Position numbers and translations under genes: made by a program. Under the pieces are notes generated by a model. That model saw only the letters and a list, made by a program, of their open reading frames with translations. It did not search any database and was not told where the DNA came from. Shown in pieces: positions 26,521-41,200 of a stretch of 64,000 bases of DNA (the stretch's first letter is position 1; every line of letters begins with the position of its first letter). The stretch lies in NCBI RefSeq assembly GCF_009914755.1, contig NC_060943.1; one strand, given 5' to 3'. Origin of the DNA: the human T2T-CHM13v2.0 reference genome, Homo sapiens.

Positions 26521-29500
26521 TGATGTCTGCGTTTAACTCACAGAGTTTAACCTTTCTTTTCATAGAGCAGTTAGGAAACACTCTGTTTGTAAAGTCTGCA
26601 AGTGGATATTCAGACCTCCTTGAGGCCTTCGTTGGAAACGGGATTTCTTCATATTATGCTGGACAGAAGAATTCTCAGTAACTTCCTTGTGTTGTGTGTA
26701 TTCAACTCACAGAGTTGAACGATCCTTTACACAGAGCAGACTTGAAACACTCTTTTTGTGGAATTTGCAAGTGGAGATTTCAGCCGCTTTGAGGTCAATG
26801 GTAGAATAGGAAATATCTTCCTATAGAAACTAGACAGAATGATTCTCAGAAACTCCTTTGTGATGTGTGCGTTCAACTCACAGAGTTTAACCTTTCTTTT
26901 CATAGAGCAGTTAGGAAACACTCTGTTTGTAAAATCTGCAAGTGGATATTCAGACCTCTTTGAGGCCTTCGTTGGAAACGGGATTTCTTCATATTATGCT
27001 AGACAGAAGAATTCTCAGTAACTTCCTTGTGTTGTGTGTATTCAACTCACAGAGTTGAACGATCCTTTACACAGAGCAGACTTGAAACACTCTTTTTGTG
27101 GAATTTGCAAGTGGAGATTTCAGCCGCTTTGAGGTCAATGGTAGAAAAGGAAATATCTTCGTATAAAAACTAGACAGAATGATTCTCAGAAACTCCTTTG
27201 TGATGTGTGCATTCAACTCACAGAGTTTAACCTTTCTTTTCATAGAGCAGTTAGGAAACACTCTGTTTGTAAAGTCTGCAAGTGGATATTCAGACCTCCT
27301 TGAGGCCTTCTTTGGAAACGGGATTTCTTCATATTATGCTAGACAGAAGAATTCTCAGTAACTTCGTTGTGTTGTGTGTATTCAACTCACAGAGTTGAAC
27401 GATCCTTTACACAGAGCAGACTTGAAACACTCTTTTTGTGGAATTTGCAAGTGGAGATTTCAACCGCTTTGAGGTCAATGGTAGAATAGGAAATATCTTC
27501 CTATAGAAACTAGACAGAATGATTCTCAGAAACTCCTTTGTGATGTGTGCGTTCAACTCACAGAGTTTAACCTTTCTTTTCATAGAGCAGTTAGGAAACA
27601 CTCTGTTTGTAAAGTCTGCAAGTGGATATTCAGACATCCTTGAGGCTTTCGTTGGAAACGGGATTTCTTCATATTCTGCTAGAAAGAAGAATTCTCAGTA
27701 ACTTCCTTGTGTTGTGTGTATTCAACTCACAGAGTTGAACGATCCTTTACACAGAGCAGACTTGAAAGACTCTTTTTGTGGAATTTGCAAGTGGAGATTT
27801 CAGCCGCTTTGAGGTCAATGGTAGAAAAGGAAATATCTTCGTATAAAAACTAGACAGAATGATTCTCAGAAACTCCTTTGTGATGTGTGCATTCAACTCA
27901 CAGAGTTTAACCTTTCTTTTCATAGAGCAGTTAGGAAACACTGTTTGTAAAGTCTGCAAGTGGATATTCAGACCTCCTTGAGGCCTTCGTTGGAAACGGG
28001 ATTTCTTCATATTATGCTAGACAGAAGAATTCTCAGTAACTTCCTTGTGTTGTGTGTATTCAACTCACAGAGTTGAACGATCCTTTACACAGAGCAGACT
28101 TGAAACACTCTTTTTGTGGAATTTGCAAGTGGAGATTTCTGCCGCTTTGAGGTCAATGGTAGAAAAGGAAATATCTTCGTATAAAAACTAGACAGATTGA
28201 TTCTCAGAAACTCCTTTGTGATGTGTGCGTTCAACTCACAGAGTTTAACCTTTCTTTTCATAGAGCAGTTAGGAAACACTCTGTTTGTAAAGTCTGCAAG
28301 TGGATATTCAGACCTCCTTGAGACCTTCGTTGGAAACGGGATTTCTTCCTATTATGCTAGACAGAAGAATTCTCAGTAACTTCCTTGTGTTGTGTGTATT
28401 CAACTCACAGAGTTGAACGATCCTTTACACAGAGCAGACTTGAAACACTCTTTTTGTGGAATTTGCAAGTGGAGATTTCAGCCGCTTTGAGGTCAATGGT
28501 AGAATAGGAAATACCTTCCTATAGAAACTAGACAGAATGATTCTCAGAAACTCCTTTGTGATGTGTGCGTTGAACTCAGAGAGTTTAACCTTTCTTTTCA
28601 TAGAGCAGTTAGGAAACACTCTGTTTGTAAAGTCTGCAAGTGGATATTCAGACATCCTTGAGGCTTTCGTTGGAAACGGGATTTCTTCATATTCTGCTAG
28701 AAAGAAGAATTCTCAGTAACTTCCTTGTGTTGTGTGTATTCAACTCACAGAGTTGAATGATCCTTTACACAGAACAGTCTTGAAACACTCTTTTTGTGGA
28801 ATTTGCAAGTGGAGATTTCAGCCGCTTTGAGGTCAATGGTAGAATAGGAAATATCTTCATATAGAAACTAGACAGAATGATTCTCAGAAACTCCTTTGTG
28901 ATGTGTGCGTTCAACTCACAGAGTTTAACCTTTGTTTTCATAGAGCAGTTAGGAAACACTCTGTTTGTAAAGTCTGCGAGTGGATATTCCGACATCTTTG
29001 AGGCATTCGTTGGAAAAGGGATTTCTTCATATTCTGCTAGACAGAAGAATTCTCAGAAACTTCGTTGTGTTGTGTGTTTTCAACTCACAGAGTTCAACGA
29101 TCCTTTACACAGAGTAGACTTGAAACACTCTTTTTGTGGAATTGGCAGGGTGGAGATTTCAGCCGCTTTGAGGTCAATGGTAGAAAAGGAAATATCTTCG
29201 TATAAAAACTAGACAGAGTGATTCTCAGAAACTCCTTTGTGATGTCTGCGTTTAACTCACAGAGTTTAACCATTCTTTTCATAGAGCAGTTAGGAAACAC
29301 TCTGTTTGTAAAGTGTGCAAGTGGATATTCAGACCTCCTTTAGGCCTTCGTTGGAAACGGGATTTCTTCATATTATGCTAGACAGAAGAATTCTCAGTAA
29401 CTTCCTTGTGTTGTGTGTATTCAACTCACAGAGTTGAACGATCATTTACACAGAGCAGACTTGAAACACTCTTTTTGTGGAATTTGCAAGTGGAGATTTC

Positions 29501-32500
29501 AGCCGCTTTGAGGTCAATGGTAGAATAGGAAATATCTTCCTATAGAAACTAGACAGAATGATTCTCAGAAACTCCTTTGTGATGTGTGCGTTCAACTCAC
29601 AGAGTTTAACCTTTCTTTTCATAGAGCAGTTAGGAAACACTCTGTTTGTAAAGTCTGCAAGTGGATATTCAGACCTCTTTGAGGCCTTCGTTGGAAACGG
29701 GATTTCTTCATATTATGCTAGACAGAAGAATTCTCAGTAACTTCCTTGTGTTGTGTGTATTCAACTCACAGAGTTGAACGATCCTTTACACAGAGCAGAC
29801 TTGAAACACTCTTTTTGTGGAATTTGCAAGTGGAGATTTCAGCCGCTTTGAGGTCATTGGTAGAATAGGAAATATCTTCCTATAAAAACTAGACAGAATG
29901 ATTCTGAGAAACTTCTTTGTGATGTGTGCGTTCAACTCACAGAGTTTAACCTTTCTTTTCATAGAGCAGTTAGGAAACACTCTGTTTGTAAAGTCTGCAA
30001 GTGGATACTCAGACCTCCTTGAGGCCTTCGTTGGAAACGGGATTTCTTCATATTATGCTAGACAGAAGAATTCTCACTAACTTCCTTGTGTTGTGTGTAT
30101 TCAACTCACAGAGTTGAACGATCCTTTACACAGAGCAGACTTGAAACACTCTTTTTGTGGAATTTGCAAGTGGAGATTTCAGCCGCTTTGAGTTCAATGG
30201 TAGAATAGGAAATATCTTCCTATAGAAACTAGACAGAATGATTCTCAGAAACTCCTTTGTGATGTGTGCGTTCAACTCACAGAGTTCAACCTTTCTTTTC
30301 ATAGAGCAGTTGGGAAACACTCTGTTTGTAAAGTCTGCAAGTGGATATTCAGACTTCTTTGAGGCCTTCGTTGGAAACGGGATTTCTTCATATTATGCTA
30401 GACAGAAGAATTCTCAGTAACTTCCTTGTGTTGTGTGTATTCAACTCACAGAGTTGAACGATCCTTTACACAGAGCAGACTTGAAACACTCTTTTTGTGG
30501 AATTTGCAAGTGGAGATTGCAGCCGCTTTGAGGTCAATGGTAGAATAGGAAATATCTTCCTATAGAAACTAGACAGAATGATTCTCAGAAACTCCTTTGT
30601 GATGTGTGCGTTCAACTCACAGAGTTTAACCTTTCTTTTCAGAGAGCAGTTAGGAAACACTCTGTTTGTAAAGTCTGCAAGTGGATATTCAGACCTCCTT
30701 GAGGCCTTCGTTGGAAACTGCATTTCTTCATATTATGCTAGACAGAAGAATTCTCAGTAACTTCCTTGTGTTGTGTGTATTCAACTCACAGAGTTGAACG
30801 ATCCTTTACACAGAGCAGACTTGAAACACTCTTTTTGTGGAATTTGCAAGTGGAGATTTCAGCCGCTTTGAGTTCAATGGTAGAATAGGAAATATCTTCC
30901 TATAGAAACTAGACAGAATGATTCTCAGAAACTCCTTTGTGATGTGTGCGTTCAACTCACAGAGTTCAACTTTTCTTTTCCTAGAGCAGTTGGGAAACAC
31001 TCTGTTTGTAAAGTCTGCAAGTGGATATTCAGACTTCTTTGAGGCCTTCGTTGGAAGCGGGATTTTTTCATATTCTGCTAGACAGAAGAATTCTCAGTAA
31101 CTTCCTTCTGTTGTGTGTATTCAACTCACAGAGTTGAACGATCCTTTACACAGAGCAGACTTGAAACACTCTTTTTGTGGAATTTGCAAGTGGAGATTTC
31201 AGCCGCTTTGAGGTCAATGGTAGAATAGGAAATATCTTCCTATAGAAACTAGACAGAATGATTCTCAGAAACTCCTTTGTGATGTGTGCGTTCAACTCAC
31301 AGAGTTTAACCTTTCTTTTCATAGAGCAGTTAGGAAACACTCTGTTTGTAAAGTCTGCAAGTGGATATTCAGACATCTTTGAGGCTTTCGTTGGAAACGG
31401 GATTTCTTCATATTCTGCTAGACAGAAGAATTCTCAGAAACTTCGTTGTGTTGTGTGTTTTCAACTCACAGAGTTCAACGATCCTTTACACAGAGTAGAC
31501 TTGAAACACTCTTTTTGTGGAATTGGCAGGGTGGAGATTTCAGCCGCTTTGAGGTCAATGGTAGAAAAGGAAATATCTTCGTATAAAAACTAGACAGAGT
31601 GATTCTCAGAAACTCCTTTGTGATGTCTGCGTTTAACTCACAGAGTTTAACCTTTCTTTTCATAGAGCAGTTAGGAAACACTCTGTTTGTAAAGTCTGCA
31701 AGTGGATATTCAGACCTCCTTGAGGCCTTCGTTGGAAACGGGATTTCTTCATATTATGCTGGACAGAAGAATTCTCAGTAACTTCCTTGTGTTGTGTGTA
31801 TTCAACTCACAGAGTTGAACGATCCTTTACACAGAGCAGACTTGAAACACTCTTTTTGTGGAATTTGCAAGTGGAGATTTCAGCCGCTTTGAGGTCAATG
31901 GTAGAATAGGAAATATCTTCCTATAGAAACTAGACAGAATGATTCTCAGAAACTCCTTTGTGATGTGTGCGTTCAACTCACAGAGTTTAACCTTTCTTTT
32001 CATAGAGCAGTTAGGAAACACTCTGTTTGTAAAATCTGCAAGTGGATATTCAGACCTCTTTGAGGCCTTCGTTGGAAACGGGATTTCTTCATATTATGCT
32101 AGACAGAAGAATTCTCAGTAACTTCCTTGTGTTGTGTGTATTCAACTCACAGAGTTGAACGATCCTTTACACAGAGCAGACTTGAAACACTCTTTTTGTG
32201 GAATTTGCAAGTGGAGATTTCAGCCGCTTTGAGGTCAATGGTAGAAAAGGAAATATCTTCGTATAAAAACTAGACAGAATGATTCTCAGAAACTCCTTTG
32301 TGATGTGTGCATTCAACTCACAGAGTTTAACCTTTCTTTTCATAGAGCAGTTAGGAAACACTCTGTTTGTAAAGTCTGCAAGTGGATATTCAGACCTCCT
32401 TGAGGCCTTCTTTGGAAACGGGATTTCTTCATATTATGCTAGACAGAAGAATTCTCAGTAACTTCGTTGTGTTGTGTGTATTCAACTCACAGAGTTGAAC

Positions 32501-33500
32501 GATCCTTTACACAGAGCAGACTTGAAACACTCTTTTTGTGGAATTTGCAAGTGGAGATTTCAACCGCTTTGAGGTCAATGGTAGAATAGGAAATATCTTC
32601 CTATAGAAACTAGACAGAATGATTCTCAGAAACTCCTTTGTGATGTGTGCGTTCAACTCACAGAGTTTAACCTTTCTTTTCATAGAGCAGTTAGGAAACA
32701 CTCTGTTTGTAAAGTCTGCAAGTGGATATTCAGACATCCTTGAGGCTTTCGTTGGAAACGGGATTTCTTCATATTCTGCTAGAAAGAAGAATTCTCAGTA
32801 ACTTCCTTGTGTTGTGTGTATTCAACTCACAGAGTTGAACGATCCTTTACACAGAGCAGACTTGAAAGACTCTTTTTGTGGAATTTGCAAGTGGAGATTT
32901 CAGCCGCTTTGAGGTCAATGGTAGAAAAGGAAATATCTTCGTATAAAAACTAGACAGAATGATTCTCAGAAACTCCTTTGTGATGTGTGCATTCAACTCA
33001 CAGAGTTTAACCTTTCTTTTCATAGAGCAGTTAGGAAACACTGTTTGTAAAGTCTGCAAGTGGATATTCAGACCTCCTTGAGGCCTTCGTTGGAAACGGG
33101 ATTTCTTCATATTATGCTAGACAGAAGAATTCTCAGTAACTTCCTTGTGTTGTGTGTATTCAACTCACAGAGTTGAACGATCCTTTACACAGAGCAGACT
33201 TGAAACACTCTTTTTGTGGAATTTGCAAGTGGAGATTTCTGCCGCTTTGAGGTCAATGGTAGAAAAGGAAATATCTTCGTATAAAAACTAGACAGATTGA
33301 TTCTCAGAAACTCCTTTGTGATGTGTGCGTTCAACTCACAGAGTTTAACCTTTCTTTTCATAGAGCAGTTAGGAAACACTCTGTTTGTAAAGTCTGCAAG
33401 TGGATATTCAGACCTCCTTGAGACCTTCGTTGGAAACGGGATTTCTTCCTATTATGCTAGACAGAAGAATTCTCAGTAACTTCCTTGTGTTGTGTGTATT
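23325..33500 (+). repeat. Near-perfect tandem duplication of a 15-dimer block, period 5100 bp
   Basis: Dimers pair as 23325/28425, 23994/29094, 25366/30466, 27747/32847 and 28085/33185. Both copies share the CT deletion at 27941/33041. Confidence 0.94.
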
Positions 33501-36500
33501 CAACTCACAGAGTTGAACGATCCTTTACACAGAGCAGACTTGAAACACTCTTTTTGTGGAATTTGCAAGTGGAGATTTCAGCCGCTTTGAGGTCAATGGT
33601 AGAATAGGAAATATCTTCCTATAGAAACTAGACAGAATGATTCTCAGAAACTCCTTTGTGATGTGTGCGTTCAACTCACACAGTTTAACCTTTCTTTTCA
33701 TAGAGCAGTTAGGAAACACTGTTTGTAAAGTCTGCAAGTGGATATTCAGACCTCCTTGAGGCCTTCGTTGGAAATGGGATTTCTTCATATTATGCTAGAC
33801 AGAAGAATTCTCAGTAACTTCCTTGTGTTGTGTGTATTCAACTCACAGAGTTGAACGATCCTTTACACAGAGCAGACTTGAAACACTCTTTTTGTGGAAT
33901 TTGCAAGTGGAGACTTCAGCCGCTTTGAGGTCAATGGTAGAATAGGAAATATCTTCCTATAGAAACTAGACAGAATGATTCTGAGAAACTCCTTTGTGAT
34001 GTGTGCGTTCAACTCACAGAGTTTAACCGTTCTTTTCATAGAGCAGTTAGGAAACACTCTGTTTGTAAAGTCTGCAAGTGGATATTCAGACCTCCTTGAG
34101 GCCTTCGTTGGAAACGGGATTTCTTCATATTATGCTAGACAGAAGAATTCTCAGTAACTTCCTTGTGTTGTGTGTATTCAACTCACAGAGTTGAACGATC
34201 CTTTACACAGAGCAGACTTGAAACACTCTTTTTGTGGAATTTGCAAGTGGAGATTTCAGCCGTTTGAGTTCAATGGTAGAATAGGAAATATCGTCCTATA
34301 GAAACTAGACAGAATGATTCTCAGAAACTCCTTTGTGATGTGTGCGTTCAACTCACAGAGTTTAACCTTTCTTTTCATAGAGCAGTTGGGAAACACTCTG
34401 TTTGTAAAGTCTGCAAGTGGATATTCAGACTTCTTTGAGGCCTTCGTTGGAAGCGGGATTTCTTCATGTTCTGCTAGACAGAAGAGTTCTCAGAAACTTC
34501 CTTGTGTTGTGTGTTTTCAACTCACAGAGTTGAACGATGCTTTACACAGAGTAGACTTGAAACACTCTTTTTGTGTAATTTGCAAGTGGAGATTTCAGCC
34601 GCTTTGAGGTCAATGGTAGAAAAGGAAATATCTTCGTATAAAAACTAGACAGAATGATTCTGAGAAACTCCTTTGTGATGTGTGCGTTCAACTCACAGAG
34701 TTTAACCTTTCTTTTCATAGAGCAGTTAGGAAACACTCTGTTTGTAAAGTCTGCAAGTGGATATTCAGACCTCCTTGAGGCCTTCGTTGGAAACGGGATT
34801 TCTTCATATTATGCTAGACAGAAGAATTCTCAGTAACTTCCTTGTGTTGTGTGTATTCAAATCACAGAGTTCAACGATCCTTTACACAGAGCAGACTTGA
34901 AACACTCTTTTTGTGAAATTTGCAAGTGGAGATTTCAGCCGCTTTGAGGTCAATGGTAGAATAGGAAATATCTTCCTATAGAAACTAGACAGAATGATTC
35001 TCAGAAACTCCTTTGTGATGTGTGCGTTCAACTCACACTGTTTAACCTTTCTTTTCATAGAGCAGTTAGGAAACACTCTGTTTGTAAAGTCTGCAAGTGG
35101 ATATTCAGACCTCCTTGAGGCATTCGTTGGAAACGGGATTTCTTCATATTATGCTAGACAGAAGAATTCTCAGAAACTTCGTTGTGTTGTGTGTTTTCAA
35201 CTCACAGAGTTCAACGATCCTTTACACAGAGTAGACTTGAAACACTCTTTTTGTGGAATTGGCAGGGTGGAGATTTCAGCCGCTTTGAGGTCAATGGTAG
35301 AAAAGTAAATATCTTCGTATAAAAACTAGACAGAGTGATTCTCAGAAACTCCTTTGTGATGTCTGCGTTTAACTCACAGAGTTTAACCATTCTTTTCATA
35401 GAGCAGTTAGGAAACACTCTGTTTGTAAAGTGTGCAAGTGGATATTCAGACCTCCTTGAGGCCTTCGTTGGAAACGGGATTTCTTCATATTATGCTAGAC
35501 AGAAGAATTCTCAGTAACTTCCTTGTGTTGTGTGTATTCAACTCACAGAGTTGAACGATCCTTTACACAGAGCAGACTTGAAACACTCTTTTTGTGGAAT
35601 TTGCAAGTGGAGATTTCAGCCGCTTTGAGGTCAATGGTAGAATAGGAAATATCTTCCAATAGAAACTAGACAGAATGATTCTCAGAAACTCCTTTGTGAT
35701 GTGTGCGTTCAACTCACAGAGTTTAACCTTTCTTTTCATAGAGCAGTTAGGAAACACTCTGTTTGTAAAGTCTGCAAGTGGATATTCAGACCTCTTTGAG
35801 GCCTTCGTTGGAAACGGGATTTCTTCATATTATGCTAGACAGAAGAATTCTCAGTAACTTCCTTGTGTTGTGTGTATTCAACTCACAGAGTTGAACGATC
35901 CTTTACACAGAGCAGACTTGAAACACTCTTTTTGTGGAATTTGCAAGTGGAGATTTCAGCCGCTTTGAGGTCAATGGTATTATAGGAAATATCTTCCTAT
36001 AAAAACTAGACAGAATGATTCTGAGAAACTCCTTTGTGATGTGTGCGTTCAACTCACAGAGTTTAACCTTTCTTTTCATAGAGCAGTTAGGAAACACTCT
36101 GTTTGTAAAGTCTGCAAGTGGATACTCAGACCTCCTTGAGGCCTTCTTTGGAAACGGGATTTCTTCATATTATGCTAGACAGAAGAATTCTCAGTAACTT
36201 CCTTGTGTTGTGTGTATTCAACTCACAGAGTTGAACGATCCTTTACACAGAGCAGACTTGAAACACTCTTTTTGTGGAATTTGTAAGTGGAGATTTCAGC
36301 CGCTTTGAGTTCAATGGTAGAATAGGAAATATCTTCCTATAGAAACTAGACAGAATGATTCTCAGAAACTCCTTTGTGATGTGTGCGTTCAACTCACAGA
36401 GTTCAACCTTTCTTTTCATAGAGCAGTTGGGAAACACTCTGTTTGTAAAGTGTGCAAGTGGATATTCAGACTTCTTTGAGGCCTTCGTTGGAAGCGGGAT

Positions 36501-38283
36501 TTCTTCATATTCTGCTAGACAGAAGAATTCTCAGTAACTTCCTTGTGTTGTGTGTATTCAACTCACAGAGTTGAACGATCCTTTACACAGAGCAGACTTG
36601 AAACACTCTTTTTGTGGAATTTGCAAGTGGAGATTTCAGCCGCTTTGAGGTCAATGGTAGAATAGAAAATATCTTCCTATAGAAACTAGACAGAATGATT
36701 CTCAGAAACTCCTTTGTGATGTGTGCGTTCAACTCACAGAGTTTAACCTTTCTTTTCATAGAGCAGTTGGGAAACACTCTGTTTGTAAAGTCTGCAAGTG
36801 GATATTCAGATATCCTTGAGGCTTTCGTTGGAAACGGGATTTCTTCATATTCTGCTAGAAAGAAGAATTCTCAGTAACTTCCTTGTGTTGTGTGTATTCA
36901 ACTCACAGAGTTGAATGATCCTTTACACAGAGCAGACTTGAAACACTCTTTTTGTGTAATTTGCAAGTGGAGATTTCAGCCGCTTTGAGGTCAATGGTAG
37001 AATAGGAAATATCTTCTTATAGAAACTAGACAGAATGATTCTCAGAAACTCCTTTGTGATGTGTGCGTTCAACTCACAGAGTTTAACCTTTCTTTTCATA
37101 GAGCAGTTAGGAAACACTCTGTTTGTAAAGTCTGCAAGAGGATATTCAGACATCTTTGAGGCTTTCTTTGGAAACGGGATTTCTTCATATTCTGCTAGAC
37201 AGAAGACTTCTGAGAAAATTCGTTGTGTTGTGTGTTTTCAACTCACAGAGTTCAACGATCCTTTACACAGAGTAGACTTGAAACACTCTTTTTGTGGAAT
37301 TGGCAGGGTGGAGATTTCAGCCGCTTTGAGGTCAATGGTAGAAAAGGAAATATCTTCGTATAAAAATTAGACAGAGTGATTCTCAGAAACTCCTTTGTGA
37401 TGTCTGCGTTCAACTCACAGAGTTTAACCTTTCTTTTCATAGAGCAGTTGGGAAACACTCTGTTTGTAAAGTCTGCAAGTGGATATTCAGACTTCTTTGA
37501 GGCCTTCGTTGGAAGCGGGATTTCTTCATATTCTGCTAGACAGAAGAATTCTCAGTAACTTCCTTGTGTTGTGTGTATTCAACTCACAGAGTTGAATGAT
37601 CCTTTACACAGAACAGACTTGAAACACTCTTGTTGTGGAATTTTCAAGTGGAGATTTCAGCCGCTTTGAGGTCAACGGTAGAATAGGTAATATCTTCCTA
37701 TAGAAACTAGACAGAATGATTCTCAGAAACTCCTTTGTGATGTGTGCGTTCAACTCACAGAGTTTAACCTTTCTTTTCATAGAGCAGTTAGGAAACACTC
37801 TGTTTGTAAAGTCTGCAAGTGGATATTCAGACCTCCTTGAGGCCTTCGTTGGAAACGGGATTTCTTCATATTATGCTAGACAGAAGAATTCTCAGTAACT
37901 TCCTTGTGTTGTGTGTATTCAACTCACAGAGTTGAACGATCCTTTACACAGAGCAGACTTGAAACACTCTTTTTGTGGAATTTGCAAGTGGAGATTTCAG
38001 CCGCTTTGAGTTCAATGGTAGAATAGGAAATATCTTCCTATAGAAACTAGACAGAATGATTCTCAGAAACTCCTTTGTGATGTGTGCGTTCAACTCACAG
38101 AGTTCAACCTTTCTTTTCATAGAGCAGTTGGGAAACACTCTGTTTGTAAAGTCTGTAAATGCATATTCAGACTTCTTTGAGGCCTTCATTGGAAGCGGGA
38201 TTTCTTCATATTCTGCTAGACAGAAGAATTCTCAGTAACTTCCTTGTGTTGTGTGTATTCAACTCACAGAGTTGAACGATCCT

Positions 38284-41200
38284 TTACACAGAGCAGACTT
38301 GAAACACTCTTTTTGTGGAATTTGCAAGTGGAGATTTCAGCCGCTTTGAGGTCAATGGTAGAATAGGAAATATCTTCCTATAGAAACTAGACAGAATGAT
38401 TCTCAGAAACTCCTTTGTGATGTGTGCGTTCAACTCACAGAGTTTAACCTTTCTTTTCATAGAGCAGTTAGGAAACACTCTGTTTGTAAAGTCTGCAAGT
38501 GGATATTCAGACATCCTTGAGTCTTTCTTTGGAAACGGGATTTCTTCATATTATGCTAGAAAGAAGAATTCTCAGTAACTTCCTTGTGTTGTGTGTATTC
38601 AACTCACAGAGTTGAATGATCCTTTACACAGAACAGTCTTGAAACACTCTTTTTGTGGAATTTGCAAGTGGAGATTTCAGCCGCTTTGAGGTCAATGGTA
38701 GAATAGGAAATATCTTCCTATAGAAACTAGACAGAATGATTCTCAGAAACTCCTTTGTGATGCGTGCGTTCAACTCACAGAGTTTAACCTTTCTTTTCAT
38801 AGAGCAGTTAGGAAACACTCTGTTTGTAAAGTCTGCAAGTGGATATTCAGACATCTTTGAGGCTTTCGTTGGAAACGGGATTTCTTCATATTCTGCTAGA
38901 CAGAAGAATTCTCAGAAACTTCGATGTGTTGTGTGTTTTCAAATCACAGAGTTCAACGATCCTTCACAGAGTAGACTTGAAACACTCTTTTTGTGGAATT
39001 GGCAGGGTGGAGATTTCAGCCGCTATGAGGTCAATGGTAGAAAAGGAAATATCTTCATATAAAAACTAGACAGAATGATTCTCAGAAACTCCTTTGTGAT
39101 GTCTGCGTTCAACTCACAGAGTTTTACCTTTCTTTTCATAGAGCAGTTAGGAAACACTCTGTTTGTAAAGTCTGCAAGTGGATATTCAGACCTCTTTGAG
39201 ACCTTCGTTGGAAACGGGATTTCTTCATATTCTGCTATACAGAAGAATTCTCAGTAACTTCCTTGTGTTGTGTGTATTCAACTCACAGAGTTGAACGATC
39301 CTTTACACAGAGCAGACTTGAAACACTCTTTTTGTGGAATTTGCAAGTGGAGATTTCAGCCGCTTTGAGGTCAATGGTAGAAAAGGAAATATCTTCCTAT
39401 AGAAACTAGACAGAATGATTCTCAGAAACTCCTTTGTGATGTGTGCGTTCAACTCACAGAGTTCAACCTTTCTTTTCATAGAGCAGTTGGGAAACACTCT
39501 GTTTGTAAAGTCTGCAAGTGGATATTCAGACTTCTTTGAGGCCTTCGTTGGAAGCGGGATTTCTTCATATTCTGCTAGACAGAAGAATTCTCAGTAACTT
39601 CCTTGTGTTGTGTGTATTCAACTCACAGAGTTGAATGATCCTTTACACAGAACAGACTTGAAACACTCTTGTTGTGGAATTTTCAAGTGGAGATTTCAGC
39701 CGCTTTGAGGTCAACGGTAGAATAGGTAATATCTTCCTATAGAAACTAGACAGAATGATTCTCAGAAACTCCTTTGTGATGTGTGCGTTCAACTTACAGA
39801 GTTTAACCTTTCTTTTCATAGAGCAGTTAGGAAACACTCTGTTTGTAAAGTCTGCAAGTGGATATTCAGACCTCCTTGAGGCCTTCGTTGGAAACGGGAT
39901 TTCTTCATATTATGCTAGACAGAAGGATTCTCAGTAACTTCCTTGTGTTGTGTGTATTCAACTCACAGAGTTGAACGATCCTTTACACAGAGCAGACTTG
40001 AAACACTCTTTTTGTGGAATTTGCAAGTGGAGATTTCAGCCGCTTTGAGGTCAATGGTAGAAAAGGAGATATCTTCGTATAAAAACTAGACAGAATGATT
40101 CTCAGAAACTCCTTTGTGATGTGTGCGTTCAACTCACAGAGTTTAACCTTTCTTTTCATAGAGCAGTTAGGAAACACTCTGTTTGTAAAGTCTGCAAGTG
40201 GATATTCAGACCTCTTTGAGGCCTTCGTTGGAAACGGGATTTCTTCATATTATGCTAGACAGAAGAATTCTCAGTAACTTCCTTGTGTTGTGTGTATTCA
40301 ACTCACAGAGTTGAACGATCCTTTACACAGAGCAGACTTGAAACACTCTTTTTGTGGAATTTGCAAGTGGAGATTTCAGCCGCTTTGAGGTCAATGGTAG
40401 AATAGGAAATATCTTCCTATAGAAACTAGACAGAATGATTCTCAGAAACTCCTTTGTGATGTGTGCGTTCAACTCACAGAGTTTAACCTTTCTTTTCATA
40501 GAGCAGTTAGGAAACACTCTGATTGTAAAGTGTGCAAGTGGATATTCAGATATCCTTGAGGCTTTCGTTGGAAACGGGATTTCTTCATATTCTGCTAGAA
40601 AGAAGAATTCTCAGTAAGTTCCTTGTGTTGTGTGTATTCAACTCACAGAGTTGAACGATCCTTTACACAGAGCAGACTTGAAACACTCTTTTTGTGGAAT
40701 TTGCAAGTGGAGATTTCAGCCGCTTTGAGGTCAATGGTAGAATAGGAAATATCTTCCTATAGAAACTAGACAGAATGATTCTCAGAAACTCCTTTGTGAT
40801 GTGTGCGTTCAACTCACAGAGTTTAACCTTTCTTTTCATAGAGCAGTTAGGAAACACTCTGTTTGTAAAGTCTGCAAGTGGATATTCAGACATCCTTGAG
40901 GCTTTCTTTGGAAACGGGATTTCTTCATATTCTGCTAGAAAGAAGAATTCTCAGTAACTTCCTTGTGTTGTGTGTATTCAACTCACAGAGTTGAATGATC
41001 CTTTACACAGAACAGTCTTGAAACACTCTTTTTGTGGAATTTGCAAGTGGAGATTTCAGCCGCTTTGAGGTCAATGGTAGAATAGGAAATATCTTCCTAT
41101 AGAAACTAGACAGAATGATTCTCAGAAACTCCTTTGTGATGTGTGCGTTCAACTCACAGAGTTTAACCTTTCTTTTCATAGAGCAGTTAGGAAACACTCT

